From Gammaproteobacteria bacterium (GTDB taxonomy: Bacteria > Pseudomonadota > Gammaproteobacteria > Eutrophobiales > Eutrophobiaceae), in NCBI GenBank assembly GCA_965208655.1, contig CBDBPJ010000003.1, positions 449,324 to 513,323 on the forward strand: a DNA stretch of 64,000 nt. The letters run 5' to 3'. This document shows positions 1 to 8,602 of the stretch, in pieces. The notes under the pieces were generated by a model, which was given only the letters and a program-made list of their open reading frames with translations, did not search any database and was not told the origin of the DNA. How positions within the stretch are numbered: position 1 is the first letter of the stretch; each line of letters starts with the position of its first letter. The position numbers and the translations under genes were made by a program.

Positions 1-1212
1 GCCCTGGCAGGTCGCGACAAGGCTGAATTCTATGCGCCCGTACAGCGCAGCCCGTTGTTGGCCTGTCACGAACAACTGAACGCGCAATTTGACGACTACG
101 GTACCTGGCGCCGTCCGCGGGTCTACCTGCGCGAGAGTGAAAGCGAGCAGCAGGCCGTCACCCGCGAGGCCGTGGCTGCCCGTACCTCTGTTGTCGTTTT
201 TGACGGGTCGCCGCTGGGCAAGTTTGATGTGTACGGACCGGATGCTGCCGAATTTTTGAATCGCATCTACATCAATAACGCCGTCTCACTGAAAACAGGC
301 CGGGCCCGTTACGGCCTGATGCTGAACGAAAACGGCATTATCATCGATGACGGCATCTTTGCCCGGCTGGCTGATAACCATTACCTGGTGCATACCACCA
401 GCGCCGGGGCAAACCGGATCCATGCCTGGATGGAGGCCCTGCTGCAGGGGGACTGGCCGGACCTGGACGTATTGCTGACATCGGTGACCACCCAATGGGC
501 AAACATCGCCGTGTCCGGCCCGCGTGCCAGAGAACTGCTTGAACGACTGGAAACCGGCATCGACTTCGGCAATAACGGAATGCCTCATATGTCCATCGTG
601 ACGGGGACGGTTGATAACATCCCGTTACGCGTATTAAGGGCCAGTTTCACCGGCGAATTGTGTTATGAACTGAACGTTCCTGCCGATTGGGGCGCAACCT
701 TGTGGAACCGGTTGCTGCAACTCGGGGAATATCTGCAGGTGATGCCGATTGGTATCGAGACACTGACGGTGCTGCGTACCGAGAAGGGTTACCTGCACGT
801 GGGGAGTGACACCGACGGTTACACTACACCCGGGGACGTCGGCTGGGGCCATGTGGCAGACAGCAAAGAGGGCGAATTCCTGGGCAAGCGTTCCTTGAAC
901 CGCCCCTTCAATGCCAGCGGTGGACGGCTGGAATTCGTCGGCCTGGAACCCCGGGAAGAAGCTGGAGTACTTGTCGCCGGCGCGCATATTATCGATGCGG
1001 TACATTCAAGCGCACCTGCTCCCACCCAGGGTTATGTGACTTCCGCCTGTTACAGTCCCAACCTGCAACGCTATGTGGGACTGGGACTGGTGCGCGACGG
1101 CAGCAAGCGGCTGGGTGAGACAGTGAACGTGTATGACAACGGCCAGGTTCATGCCGCGCAAATCAGCAAACCGGCAGCCTGGGACCCGGAAGGAGAACGG
1201 TTGCATGTTTGA
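1..1212 (+). CDS. soxA: Sarcosine oxidase alpha subunit, C-terminal (aminomethyltransferase/GcvT-like) part; 5' end lies outside the window
   Basis: Frame 1 is open from nt 1 with no stop before the listed start at 55. The translation (GKFDVYGPDAAEFLNRIY, ENGIIIDDG, TGELCYEL) matches the folate-binding GcvT-like C-terminal half of heterotetrameric sarcosine oxidase alpha. It is followed by a gamma-subunit-like gene with an 8-nt overlap. Confidence 0.75.
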   Translation, partial: ALAGRDKAEFYAPVQRSPLLACHEQLNAQFDDYGTWRRPRVYLRESESEQQAVTREAVAARTSVVVFDGSPLGKFDVYGPDAAEFLNRIYINNAVSLKTGRARYGLMLNENGIIIDDGIFARLADNHYLVHTTSAGANRIHAWMEALLQGDWPDLDVLLTSVTTQWANIAVSGPRARELLERLETGIDFGNNGMPHMSIVTGTVDNIPLRVLRASFTGELCYELNVPADWGATLWNRLLQLGEYLQVMPIGIETLTVLRTEKGYLHVGSDTDGYTTPGDVGWGHVADSKEGEFLGKRSLNRPFNASGGRLEFVGLEPREEAGVLVAGAHIIDAVHSSAPAPTQGYVTSACYSPNLQRYVGLGLVRDGSKRLGETVNVYDNGQVHAAQISKPAAWDPEGERLHV

Positions 1213-1765
1213 TGGGAGTCCTTCATTTGCGCTGCAGGGAGATGATGAGCGGTCACGGCTGTCGCAGACAGAGAGGCTGCGGCTGGAGGCGGTCAACGGT
1301 ATCCGCAAGCTGCGCCTGCAGGTGCGGCCACGTTCCGGGGCGGACAAAAGCCGGCTTGAAAGACTGCTGGGAACGGTCCTGCCGGGAGGGCCGGAGGAGA
1401 AAGTAAACAACGATGCTGCCGCGTATTGGCTGGCGCCCAATGACTGGTTGCTGGTTAATCCTGCAGCCGATACAGACAGCATTAAAGTTGCGTTACGGGA
1501 TGCATCCGGTGACGCCACGTCTGTCGTCACCGAAGTGACCGATAGCTGGAGTATCATCGACCTATCCGGTGAGGATGCCCCGGCAAGACTAGCGCAAGGG
1601 TGTTCGGTCGACCTCCATTACAGCGTATTCCCCGCCGGCCGCTATGCATTGACCCGGCTGCAGCACCTGTCCGTCATTATCCACCGTCTGGATGATATCC
1701 CGCGCTTCCGTGTGCTGGTTGACCGCAGTGTGGCGCAATATCTACGGGACTGGCTGGTAGGGTGA
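1205..1765 (+). CDS. soxG: Sarcosine oxidase gamma subunit (candidate)
   Basis: An in-frame ATG at 1205 overlaps the soxA stop (ATGTTTGA). Size and position after soxA fit soxG. The longer listed ORF from 1133 would run inside soxA. Confidence 0.55.
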   Translation: MFDGSPSFALQGDDERSRLSQTERLRLEAVNGIRKLRLQVRPRSGADKSRLERLLGTVLPGGPEEKVNNDAAAYWLAPNDWLLVNPAADTDSIKVALRDASGDATSVVTEVTDSWSIIDLSGEDAPARLAQGCSVDLHYSVFPAGRYALTRLQHLSVIIHRLDDIPRFRVLVDRSVAQYLRDWLVG

Positions 1766-3057
1766 CCCGGATTAGTAGTGGCGAGGCGCCGGCTGGCGGT
1801 GCTATCACCTTGTCACATTACCTGCTGCTTGGTCTTTTGACCCTGCTCAATGTCCTCAATATCGTTGACCGCCAACTGTTAAGCAGTTTTGCAAATTTTA
1901 TCGTACCGGACCTGGGTCTGACCAATACCCAGTTTGGCTTACTTACCGGGTTGATGTTCATGGTGTTTTACTCCTTCATGGCCTTGATCATGGGTGCGCT
2001 TGCCGATATCTACCACCGGCCGCGACTGATCGCCGCGGCGGTCTTTCTCTGGAGCGTGTGTACGGCGGCTTCCGGCGCGGCGCGGGGTTTCATCAGCCTT
2101 GCCATTCCCAGGATGCTGATTGGCGTCGGGGAATCCACCCTGTCACCGGCCGCGATCGCCATGCTGGCAGACAAGTTTCCTGCCGTTAAACGGGGTTTCG
2201 CATCCGGGTTTTACTATATAGGCGTCTCGGTGGGCTTTGGCGCCAGCCTGCTGGTCGCCGGGTACCTGGGGCCGGCCATCGGTTGGCGCAATTGCTTTTA
2301 TCTCCTCGGCGGTATCGGTATCGCGCTGTCCATCGTGATGCTGTTTGTTGCCGATATACCGCGACGGCGCTCAGCAGCTACGGTTGTTGAACAAAGACGT
2401 AACGTGAAAGGCAAGATCATCGAGTTAACCGTCGCACTACGGAAATCCCCTGCGCTTTGCCTGACCATCATCGGCGGCATGTGTGTACACTTCATGTTCG
2501 GCGCAACGGCCTTTGACCAGCTGTGGTACGTACAGGAAAGGGGCTATGACCGGGCACTCATAGCACAGTACACCGGCTGGTCTGGTGTGACGGGCGGCGT
2601 GCTTGGCAACCTGGTTGGCGGCATTGGCAGCGATTACTGGCAGAAGACCACAGGGAAAAGCCGGCTTGCATTCCTGTTCTGGGTATTGCTGCTGCTTGCG
2701 CCCATAAATATCTATTACCGCATTGCCGATCCCGGCTCATTTTTCTTCTGGCTGGGGGTTTTCTTTACGTTCTTTCAACTGGGGTTATTGTACGGTCCGG
2801 CTTACGCCACCCTGCAGGAACTGGCGCCGCCGCATATCTGTTCCACTGCCGTCGCGTTCAATATCCTGATGGCCAGCGTGGTCGGTGTCGGCATGTCTGT
2901 CACGGCAAGCGGTATTTTCATCGATTATTTAATCGCTGCCGGTGTTGCTTCTCCCTATACCGTCTCCCTGCTGCTGTTCACTGTATTGTCGTTCAGCTCA
3001 GTTCCGGCGTTTTATTTTGCTGTCAGGTATATGCCGGAAGAGGGCAAGCGGGTTTAG
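1762..3057 (+). CDS. MFS transporter
   Basis: 431 aa, about 12 hydrophobic segments, MFS-type loop motif (DIYHRPRLIAAAV). The GTG start overlaps the upstream stop (GTGA). Confidence 0.8.
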   Translation: MTRISSGEAPAGGAITLSHYLLLGLLTLLNVLNIVDRQLLSSFANFIVPDLGLTNTQFGLLTGLMFMVFYSFMALIMGALADIYHRPRLIAAAVFLWSVCTAASGAARGFISLAIPRMLIGVGESTLSPAAIAMLADKFPAVKRGFASGFYYIGVSVGFGASLLVAGYLGPAIGWRNCFYLLGGIGIALSIVMLFVADIPRRRSAATVVEQRRNVKGKIIELTVALRKSPALCLTIIGGMCVHFMFGATAFDQLWYVQERGYDRALIAQYTGWSGVTGGVLGNLVGGIGSDYWQKTTGKSRLAFLFWVLLLLAPINIYYRIADPGSFFFWLGVFFTFFQLGLLYGPAYATLQELAPPHICSTAVAFNILMASVVGVGMSVTASGIFIDYLIAAGVASPYTVSLLLFTVLSFSSVPAFYFAVRYMPEEGKRV

Positions 3058-3094
3058 CCCGGATTTCTCACCAGGCCGTTGGTAGCATACGGAA

Positions 3095-3955
3095 TTAATC
3101 CTGCCCTGCAGGTCCGGCAATGGTAGTGCGGTGCATGTGGCGAATATACGCCGGATCGTACCAACTGGCCGAATGGATGACGCAGGCGTTGTCCCACATT
3201 ATCAGGTCATTCGCCTGCCACTCATGGACATAAACAAAGCGTTCGCTGGTCGAGTGTGTAAAGAGTTCACTGAGCAGGTCCGTTGATTCGTCCTCCGGGA
3301 ATCCCTCAATGCGTACGGTGAAGCCTTCATTGACATAGAGTGCAGGGCGGCCCGTTACCGGGTGGGGGCGGACCACGGGGTGCGATACCGGGGGGATTTT
3401 TTTACGGTCTCCGTCCTGCAACTCCGCCCGATCCATGCCGCGCTGTGCATCCTTCTGCCAGCGCTGTTCATAGCTGTGCAGCGCGCGCAAATCCCTGATG
3501 CGTGTTTTCATGGCATCATCCAGCGCATCGTACGCACAATACATGCCCGCATAAGGCGTATTTCCGCCAGCTTCCGGTGGTGGCACTTCATGGGCATAAA
3601 GCAGTGAACCGAGACTGGGGTTTTGCAGGTAGGACAGGTCCGAGTGCCAGTAGCGTCCCGCATCTTCGATACCCAGGCGCCTGCCCCCGGCCACCTTGTT
3701 GGACAGGACAACGATCTCAGGATGCCCTTCCAGCAGGTATTGGCGGGCTATATGTATCTCCAGTTCGCCAAACCGCCTGCTGAAGTCAATATGCTGTTGT
3801 TCCGTCAGGTGTTGATTACGGAACAGGAGAACGCCGCGCTCGTGAAAGGTTCTTTTTATTTCCCTGAAGGTGGCATTATCGATTTTATCGGCGAGGTCGA
3901 TACCCGAGACTTCTGTTCCTACCGCCTCGCTCAGTGCATTGAAAGTTATGCCCAT
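3095..3955 (-). CDS. TauD/TfdA-family Fe(II)/2-oxoglutarate-dependent dioxygenase
   Basis: 286 aa. The N-terminus (GTEVSGIDL...ERGVLLFRNQHLTEQQHIDFSRRFGE) and the WHSDLSY His/Asp iron motif are typical of taurine dioxygenase-like enzymes. Confidence 0.85.
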   Translation of the reverse strand: MGITFNALSEAVGTEVSGIDLADKIDNATFREIKRTFHERGVLLFRNQHLTEQQHIDFSRRFGELEIHIARQYLLEGHPEIVVLSNKVAGGRRLGIEDAGRYWHSDLSYLQNPSLGSLLYAHEVPPPEAGGNTPYAGMYCAYDALDDAMKTRIRDLRALHSYEQRWQKDAQRGMDRAELQDGDRKKIPPVSHPVVRPHPVTGRPALYVNEGFTVRIEGFPEDESTDLLSELFTHSTSERFVYVHEWQANDLIMWDNACVIHSASWYDPAYIRHMHRTTIAGPAGQD

Positions 3956-4002
3956 GCCGGGTTACTTTGCCGAATTGAGGTTGAATATGCCAACAATTCT
4001 TT

Positions 4003-5022
4003 TCAGTTCCTCAGCAATGGCATGACCTCAGTCCCGAACCGTTGCAGTTCCTCCAGCGTGGGGTGAAACTGCAGCAGGAATGTCTCGATACCCAGCGACT
4101 CAAACTGCCGCAAGCGTTCGGCAATCATTTCCGGTGTGCCTACCAGCCCTGCCATCGTGCCGCCGTTGGTGCCCACTTTTTCCTGGTCATGGGGCTGTAC
4201 CTGGTGCATTACCACTTCCTTGTCTGCGCCCTTGATTTGCATGTGGCGTAATGCCAGCAGGCGCCGGAATTCCTCGTTTGCGGCGGCCTCCGTTTCCCGG
4301 CAGATGACAAACCCGCCCATACCAAAGCGAATCGTACGGCCGTGTTTTTGCGCCCGCTCCTTCATGTTGGTCACGAGTTCCGGAAATTGTTCCGGCGGCC
4401 TGCCGTTCATGACAAAAATATCGGCGGCCCGCGCACCCAGGGCTCGGCCCTGTTCCGATTCGCCACCGATATAGATTGGGATGTGGGGCTGTTGCACCGA
4501 GCGCGGGGCGATAGAGGCGTCCTTTATCCGGTAGTACTCGCCGTCGAAACTGAAATTGTTACGGGTCCACAGTCCCCTGAGGATATCGATGTATTCAGCG
4601 GCGCGGGCGTAACGATCATCGTGCGCCAGCACCGGCACGCCAAGCATCTCGTATTCGGGCGGCCACCAGGCAGACACCAGGTTTATCGCGAAGCGTCCCC
4701 GGCTGATGTGGTCAATACTGTTCGCCATTTTTGCGATAACACCGGGCGCCCGCAGACCAGGTTTTACCGCCGCGATGATTTCGATTTTTGATGTCAGTGC
4801 AGCCAGCCCGGCCGCGCTGGTCCAGGCATCGACCATATCAAGCGTCGCGCCATTGGGGTGTATGAAGTGCTCGGCAATCAACAGGGTGTCAAATCCAAGC
4901 TGTTCTGCCAGCAGGGTCGACTCCTTCACGTACTCGTAGGAGGCCACACCGTGATCAGGCGAATCGGTCATGATCCAGTTGCCATAAACCGGTGGCCAGA
5001 AACCAAGTCGCATTGCGCCCAT
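4003..5022 (-). CDS. LLM-class (luciferase-like) flavin-dependent monooxygenase, RutA/SfnG-like
   Basis: 339 aa. RFAINLVSAWWPPEYEMLGV and the overall pattern resemble the RutA/SfnG subgroup of bacterial luciferase-like monooxygenases. Confidence 0.75.
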   Translation of the reverse strand: MGAMRLGFWPPVYGNWIMTDSPDHGVASYEYVKESTLLAEQLGFDTLLIAEHFIHPNGATLDMVDAWTSAAGLAALTSKIEIIAAVKPGLRAPGVIAKMANSIDHISRGRFAINLVSAWWPPEYEMLGVPVLAHDDRYARAAEYIDILRGLWTRNNFSFDGEYYRIKDASIAPRSVQQPHIPIYIGGESEQGRALGARAADIFVMNGRPPEQFPELVTNMKERAQKHGRTIRFGMGGFVICRETEAAANEEFRRLLALRHMQIKGADKEVVMHQVQPHDQEKVGTNGGTMAGLVGTPEMIAERLRQFESLGIETFLLQFHPTLEELQRFGTEVMPLLRN

Positions 5023-5185
5023 ATCCGTTTTTCTCCCGGTTCTTCAGTTGAAATCCAACTCTGAATTATACTGGTAGAAACCCCATATCCAAGTTACGAT
5101 AAACCTGATTGCAATACTGTAATTTATCAGGTTTGCGGGCGGTGTTGCCATATATTGTAGACAATAAACTGGTTGAGGCAGGCGA

Positions 5186-7453
5186 ATGAGGGGGAATCAT
5201 GTCCCTGTATTGAAAGATCTGGTGCTGGTAGGCGGCGGGCATGCCCACGTCACAGTGTTGAAAAAGCTGGGCATGAAACCCATGCCCGGCGTACGCGTGA
5301 CGTTGATATGCCGGGACCTGCAGGCGCCTTATTCCGGCATGCTGCCGGGGTTTATTGCCGGGCACTATACGTTTGACGAAGCGCATATCGACCTGGTTCC
5401 CTTATGCCGGTTTGCCGGCGCCCGGTTTTTCCACGATGAAGTGGTTGGTCTGGATACGGAAAATAAAAGACTGATCTGCCGTGATCGGCCGGACCTGGGT
5501 TACGACGTGCTGTCAATTAACGTCGGCTCAGCCCCTGATATCTCTGCCGTCCCCGGCGCTGCTGCCAATGTAACGCCGGTCAAGCCCATCGATGGTTTTG
5601 TTGACAACTGGCGCAGGCTGTGTGAGCGGATATTGACGCACCGGGGTGGTGTGCGGATCGGCATCGTCGGCGCGGGAGCGGGCGGCGTTGAGTTGACGCT
5701 TGCCGTGCAGTACCGGCTGAAACAGCTATTGGCCGGGAAATGGCCGGACGACGCCGACCCTGAATTTCACCTGTTTACCGATGCCGCTGAGGTCCTGGTC
5801 ACACATAACCGCTTCGTGCGCGCCAAATTTCGACGCGTTCTTGCGGAACGGGATATCAACGTCCATACGGGACACCAGGTGGTTGAAGTCCGGCCCGACG
5901 CGCTGCAATGTGCCAACGGCGCAACCTTTGACCTGGATGAGATCCTGTGGGTGACCATGGCCCGCGCCCAGGCATGGCCGGCAAAAGCCGGTCTTGATGT
6001 CGACGAACAGGGCTTTATCAAGGTCAATGACACGCTTGAGTCCGTTTCACATCCCGGCATCTTCGCGGCCGGCGATATCGCCCACGTGGTGAACCATCCG
6101 CGACCCAAATCCGGCGTCTTCGCCGTGCGCCAGGGGCCGCCCCTGTCATTGAACATCCGGCGCAAACTGCTGGGACGTCCTCTTGTACCCTTTTCCCCGC
6201 AGAAAGAGTTCCTCAGCCTGATCTCCACTGGAGACAAATATGCTGTCGCATCACGCTCCTGGTGGGCGCTGGAGGGACGCTGGGTATGGACCTGGAAAGA
6301 CTGGATCGACCGACGTTTCATGCGCAAGTTCAACCAGCTTCCCGACATGAAGGAAGAAGTGCGCCAGGAAATTCCCCGCGGCCTGGTCGACAAGGATGCG
6401 ATCAGGGAGATATCCGCCATTGCCATGCGTTGTGGCGGCTGCGGTTCAAAGGTGGGCGCCACGGTGCTTGAAAACGCACTGGCAGGACTTGAACCGGTAT
6501 CCCGGGATGACGTGCTTATCGGCCTGCACGAACCAGATGACGCTGCCGTGGCTAGGGTTCCTGACGGTAAGGTCATGGTGCATACGGTGGATTCTTTCCG
6601 GTCGTTTATCGATGATCCCTACCTGTTCGGGCAAGTTGCGGTAAATCATGCGCTGAGTGATCTATACGCGATGGGTGCGGAACCGCAAACGGCACTGGCT
6701 ATCGTGACCGTTCCCTACGCGGATGAAAAGAAGGTCGAGGAACTGCTTGCGCAAATGCTGCAGGGCGCTCTCAAGGTGTTGAACGAGTCAGGCACCGCGC
6801 TGGTCGGCGGGCATACCAGCGAAGGCGAGGAGTTGTCCCTGGGTTTTTCCGTGAACGGTTTGATAGATCGTGACAAAATCCTGCATAAAAGCGGCCTGCG
6901 CGCAGGCGATCGAATCCTGTTGACCAAGCCCGTCGGTACCGGGACCCTGTTTGCGGCCGATATGCGTCACAAGGCAAAAGGGCCGTGGATTACTGCCGCC
7001 CTTGACAGCATGCTGCAATCGAACCATGAAGCAGCGGGGTGCCTGTTCGCGCACGGGGCGACTGCATGCACGGACGTCACCGGCTTCGGCCTGCTGGGCC
7101 ACCTGGTGGAAATGATCAAGCCATCCCGCGTTGATGTCGATATTGACCTCGGCGCCATTCCCTATCTGGATGGCGCCGAGGAGACGGTTGCAGCCGGCAT
7201 ATTCAGTTCGTTACAACCCCAGAACCTGCGTTTGCGCCGGGCCATCCAGGATGTTGAAATTGCATCAAGGGATCTGCGCTACCCGTTGATATTCGATCCG
7301 CAAACTTCAGGCGGACTGCTTGCCGGTGTCCCGGAACAGCAGGCCGATGCCTGTGTCCGGGAATTGCTCAAGCTGGGCTACACCCGCACGGCAATCATCG
7401 GCAAGGTGTTACCTGAGAGTGATCGCCTGGAACCGGTTAGACTGCTGTTTTGA
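5186..7453 (+). CDS. selD: Fusion protein: FAD/NAD(P)-binding pyridine nucleotide-disulfide oxidoreductase domain + selenide,water dikinase (selenophosphate synthetase; SenC-equivalent)
   Basis: 755 aa. N-terminal Rossmann motifs (LVLVGGGHAH, IGIVGAGAGGVE, AAGDIA). From about residue 410 a SelD module begins with the Cys-containing glycine-rich loop RCGGCGSKVG and continues with AIR-synthase-like PurM-fold motifs (DDAAV, GGHT). Confidence 0.85.
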   Translation: MRGNHVPVLKDLVLVGGGHAHVTVLKKLGMKPMPGVRVTLICRDLQAPYSGMLPGFIAGHYTFDEAHIDLVPLCRFAGARFFHDEVVGLDTENKRLICRDRPDLGYDVLSINVGSAPDISAVPGAAANVTPVKPIDGFVDNWRRLCERILTHRGGVRIGIVGAGAGGVELTLAVQYRLKQLLAGKWPDDADPEFHLFTDAAEVLVTHNRFVRAKFRRVLAERDINVHTGHQVVEVRPDALQCANGATFDLDEILWVTMARAQAWPAKAGLDVDEQGFIKVNDTLESVSHPGIFAAGDIAHVVNHPRPKSGVFAVRQGPPLSLNIRRKLLGRPLVPFSPQKEFLSLISTGDKYAVASRSWWALEGRWVWTWKDWIDRRFMRKFNQLPDMKEEVRQEIPRGLVDKDAIREISAIAMRCGGCGSKVGATVLENALAGLEPVSRDDVLIGLHEPDDAAVARVPDGKVMVHTVDSFRSFIDDPYLFGQVAVNHALSDLYAMGAEPQTALAIVTVPYADEKKVEELLAQMLQGALKVLNESGTALVGGHTSEGEELSLGFSVNGLIDRDKILHKSGLRAGDRILLTKPVGTGTLFAADMRHKAKGPWITAALDSMLQSNHEAAGCLFAHGATACTDVTGFGLLGHLVEMIKPSRVDVDIDLGAIPYLDGAEETVAAGIFSSLQPQNLRLRRAIQDVEIASRDLRYPLIFDPQTSGGLLAGVPEQQADACVRELLKLGYTRTAIIGKVLPESDRLEPVRLLF

Positions 7454-7523
7454 CGTGCGAAAAGCACAGTCTAAGCGTGGGAAATCACGTTTATTGTAAA
7501 ATAAAGTCCCTATTATCCGCAAC

Positions 7524-8492
7524 TTAAGTCGAATCTAACTGGTCCGACCCTACTAACAGGGCCTGCCAACGCCTGCCCTCCAGTTCCGGGGCAAACAGGT
7601 GTTTGCGTTTGTTGCCATACTCGTGCAGGCGTTGCAGGAAGCTTTGATCGGTTTCCGCCCGCTGTAACAGGGTGCATAATCCCCCGGTGTTCTCTACCGG
7701 GTAATAACCGGGGTAATCTTCGCCGAGCAGGCCGACGTTGCCGTCTATATCGGAGGCAATGACGGGAACGCCCGCGACCATGGCTTCGGAAACGACATTG
7801 GCGCCGCCTTCCATGATCGAGCTGTGTACCAGCGCATGGGTCTTCAGGAATTCTTGTCTTACCTGCCATGCGCCGACTTCGCCGCGCCAGTGATAGCGGG
7901 GATTTGCCGCCATCTCGGCGCGTGCCTGCCCGGCCCATTCATCATTATGGGCCTTGCCGAGATGGACTACCCGCAAACGGGACTGTTCAGGCATGCCCCG
8001 GGCAGCGTAGGCCGTCCTGAACGGGTCTTTTTCCTCGCGTAAGTGGCCGACGACACAGACATCGAAGGTGCGTGTTGACGGTTTGCGGGCGCGTTTCAGC
8101 GGCTCTGCCGATTGGTGGATTACACGCAGTTTTTCCCGGTATGGTTCCGGAATTGCGCGATGCACCAGGTCGTGCAGGCATACCAGCGCGTCAGCCATCT
8201 CCATGGATTGCAGGGTTTCCTCCGGATGGCTGTGCTGGAAGCGGTAGATATCCGTGCCGGTCAGGGCTACCACCAGGGGGCGGCCGGGGAAGCGCCCGCG
8301 AAATTGTTCTATTGATGAAGCGCTGCGCCACGCATGCAATGCTACCATCATATCGCCCGGCGTCCCGTCCCAGTCGGATTGAACGGTTACACTGTGGCCG
8401 ATACCCCGCAACAGGCGCTCCCAGCGGTTCGCGGTCACGCGATTTCCCGTCTTCGATTGTTTTTTTGCGGGGGTAATCAGGATGATCTTCAT
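7524..8492 (-). CDS. senB: GT1-type glycosyltransferase, candidate selenosugar synthase SenB
   Basis: 322 aa. The N-terminus MKIILITPA..KTGNRVTANRW and a C-terminal GT-B fold (SIMEGGANVVSEA) are as recalled for the SelD/EgtB-linked glycosyltransferase family. It sits between selD and the EgtB-like gene. Confidence 0.6.
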   Translation of the reverse strand: MKIILITPAKKQSKTGNRVTANRWERLLRGIGHSVTVQSDWDGTPGDMMVALHAWRSASSIEQFRGRFPGRPLVVALTGTDIYRFQHSHPEETLQSMEMADALVCLHDLVHRAIPEPYREKLRVIHQSAEPLKRARKPSTRTFDVCVVGHLREEKDPFRTAYAARGMPEQSRLRVVHLGKAHNDEWAGQARAEMAANPRYHWRGEVGAWQVRQEFLKTHALVHSSIMEGGANVVSEAMVAGVPVIASDIDGNVGLLGEDYPGYYPVENTGGLCTLLQRAETDQSFLQRLHEYGNKRKHLFAPELEGRRWQALLVGSDQLDST

Positions 8493-8546
8493 ACTCTTAC
8501 TTTAAGCTACAATACTCATGATGCAACCTCCAGGCAGAACAGGGCA

Positions 8547-8570
8547 GGGGACAGATTTAAATCTGTCCCC
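8547..8570. promoter_or_regulatory. 24-bp perfect palindrome GGGGACAGATTTAAATCTGTCCCC in the divergent senB/senA intergenic region (candidate operator)
   Basis: Read directly; the sequence equals its own reverse complement. It is located in the 110-bp gap between divergent start codons at 8492 and 8603. Confidence 0.4.
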
Positions 8571-8602
8571 GTTTGCTCTCCACACTTTAAGCGACTGAAG
8601 CC

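Noticed and set aside
1133-1204. Upstream extension of the soxG-like ORF and N-terminal extension of istB (29037..29168)
   Set aside because: Both extensions lie inside the preceding gene in another frame. Internal ATGs (1205; 29036) give the usual short overlaps seen in these operons.
5767-6576. Long antisense ORFs inside GC-rich genes, e.g. 5767..6576(-), 8732..9436(-), 1006..1557(-), 27439..28041(+), 28368..28916(+), 40507..41127(-), 40862..41494(+), 46965..47432(-), 47911..48510(-), 63044..63757(+)
   Set aside because: They overlap genes with clear family signatures on the other strand or frame. Their Arg/Pro/Gly/Ser-rich translations have no motifs, as expected for shadow ORFs in high-GC DNA.
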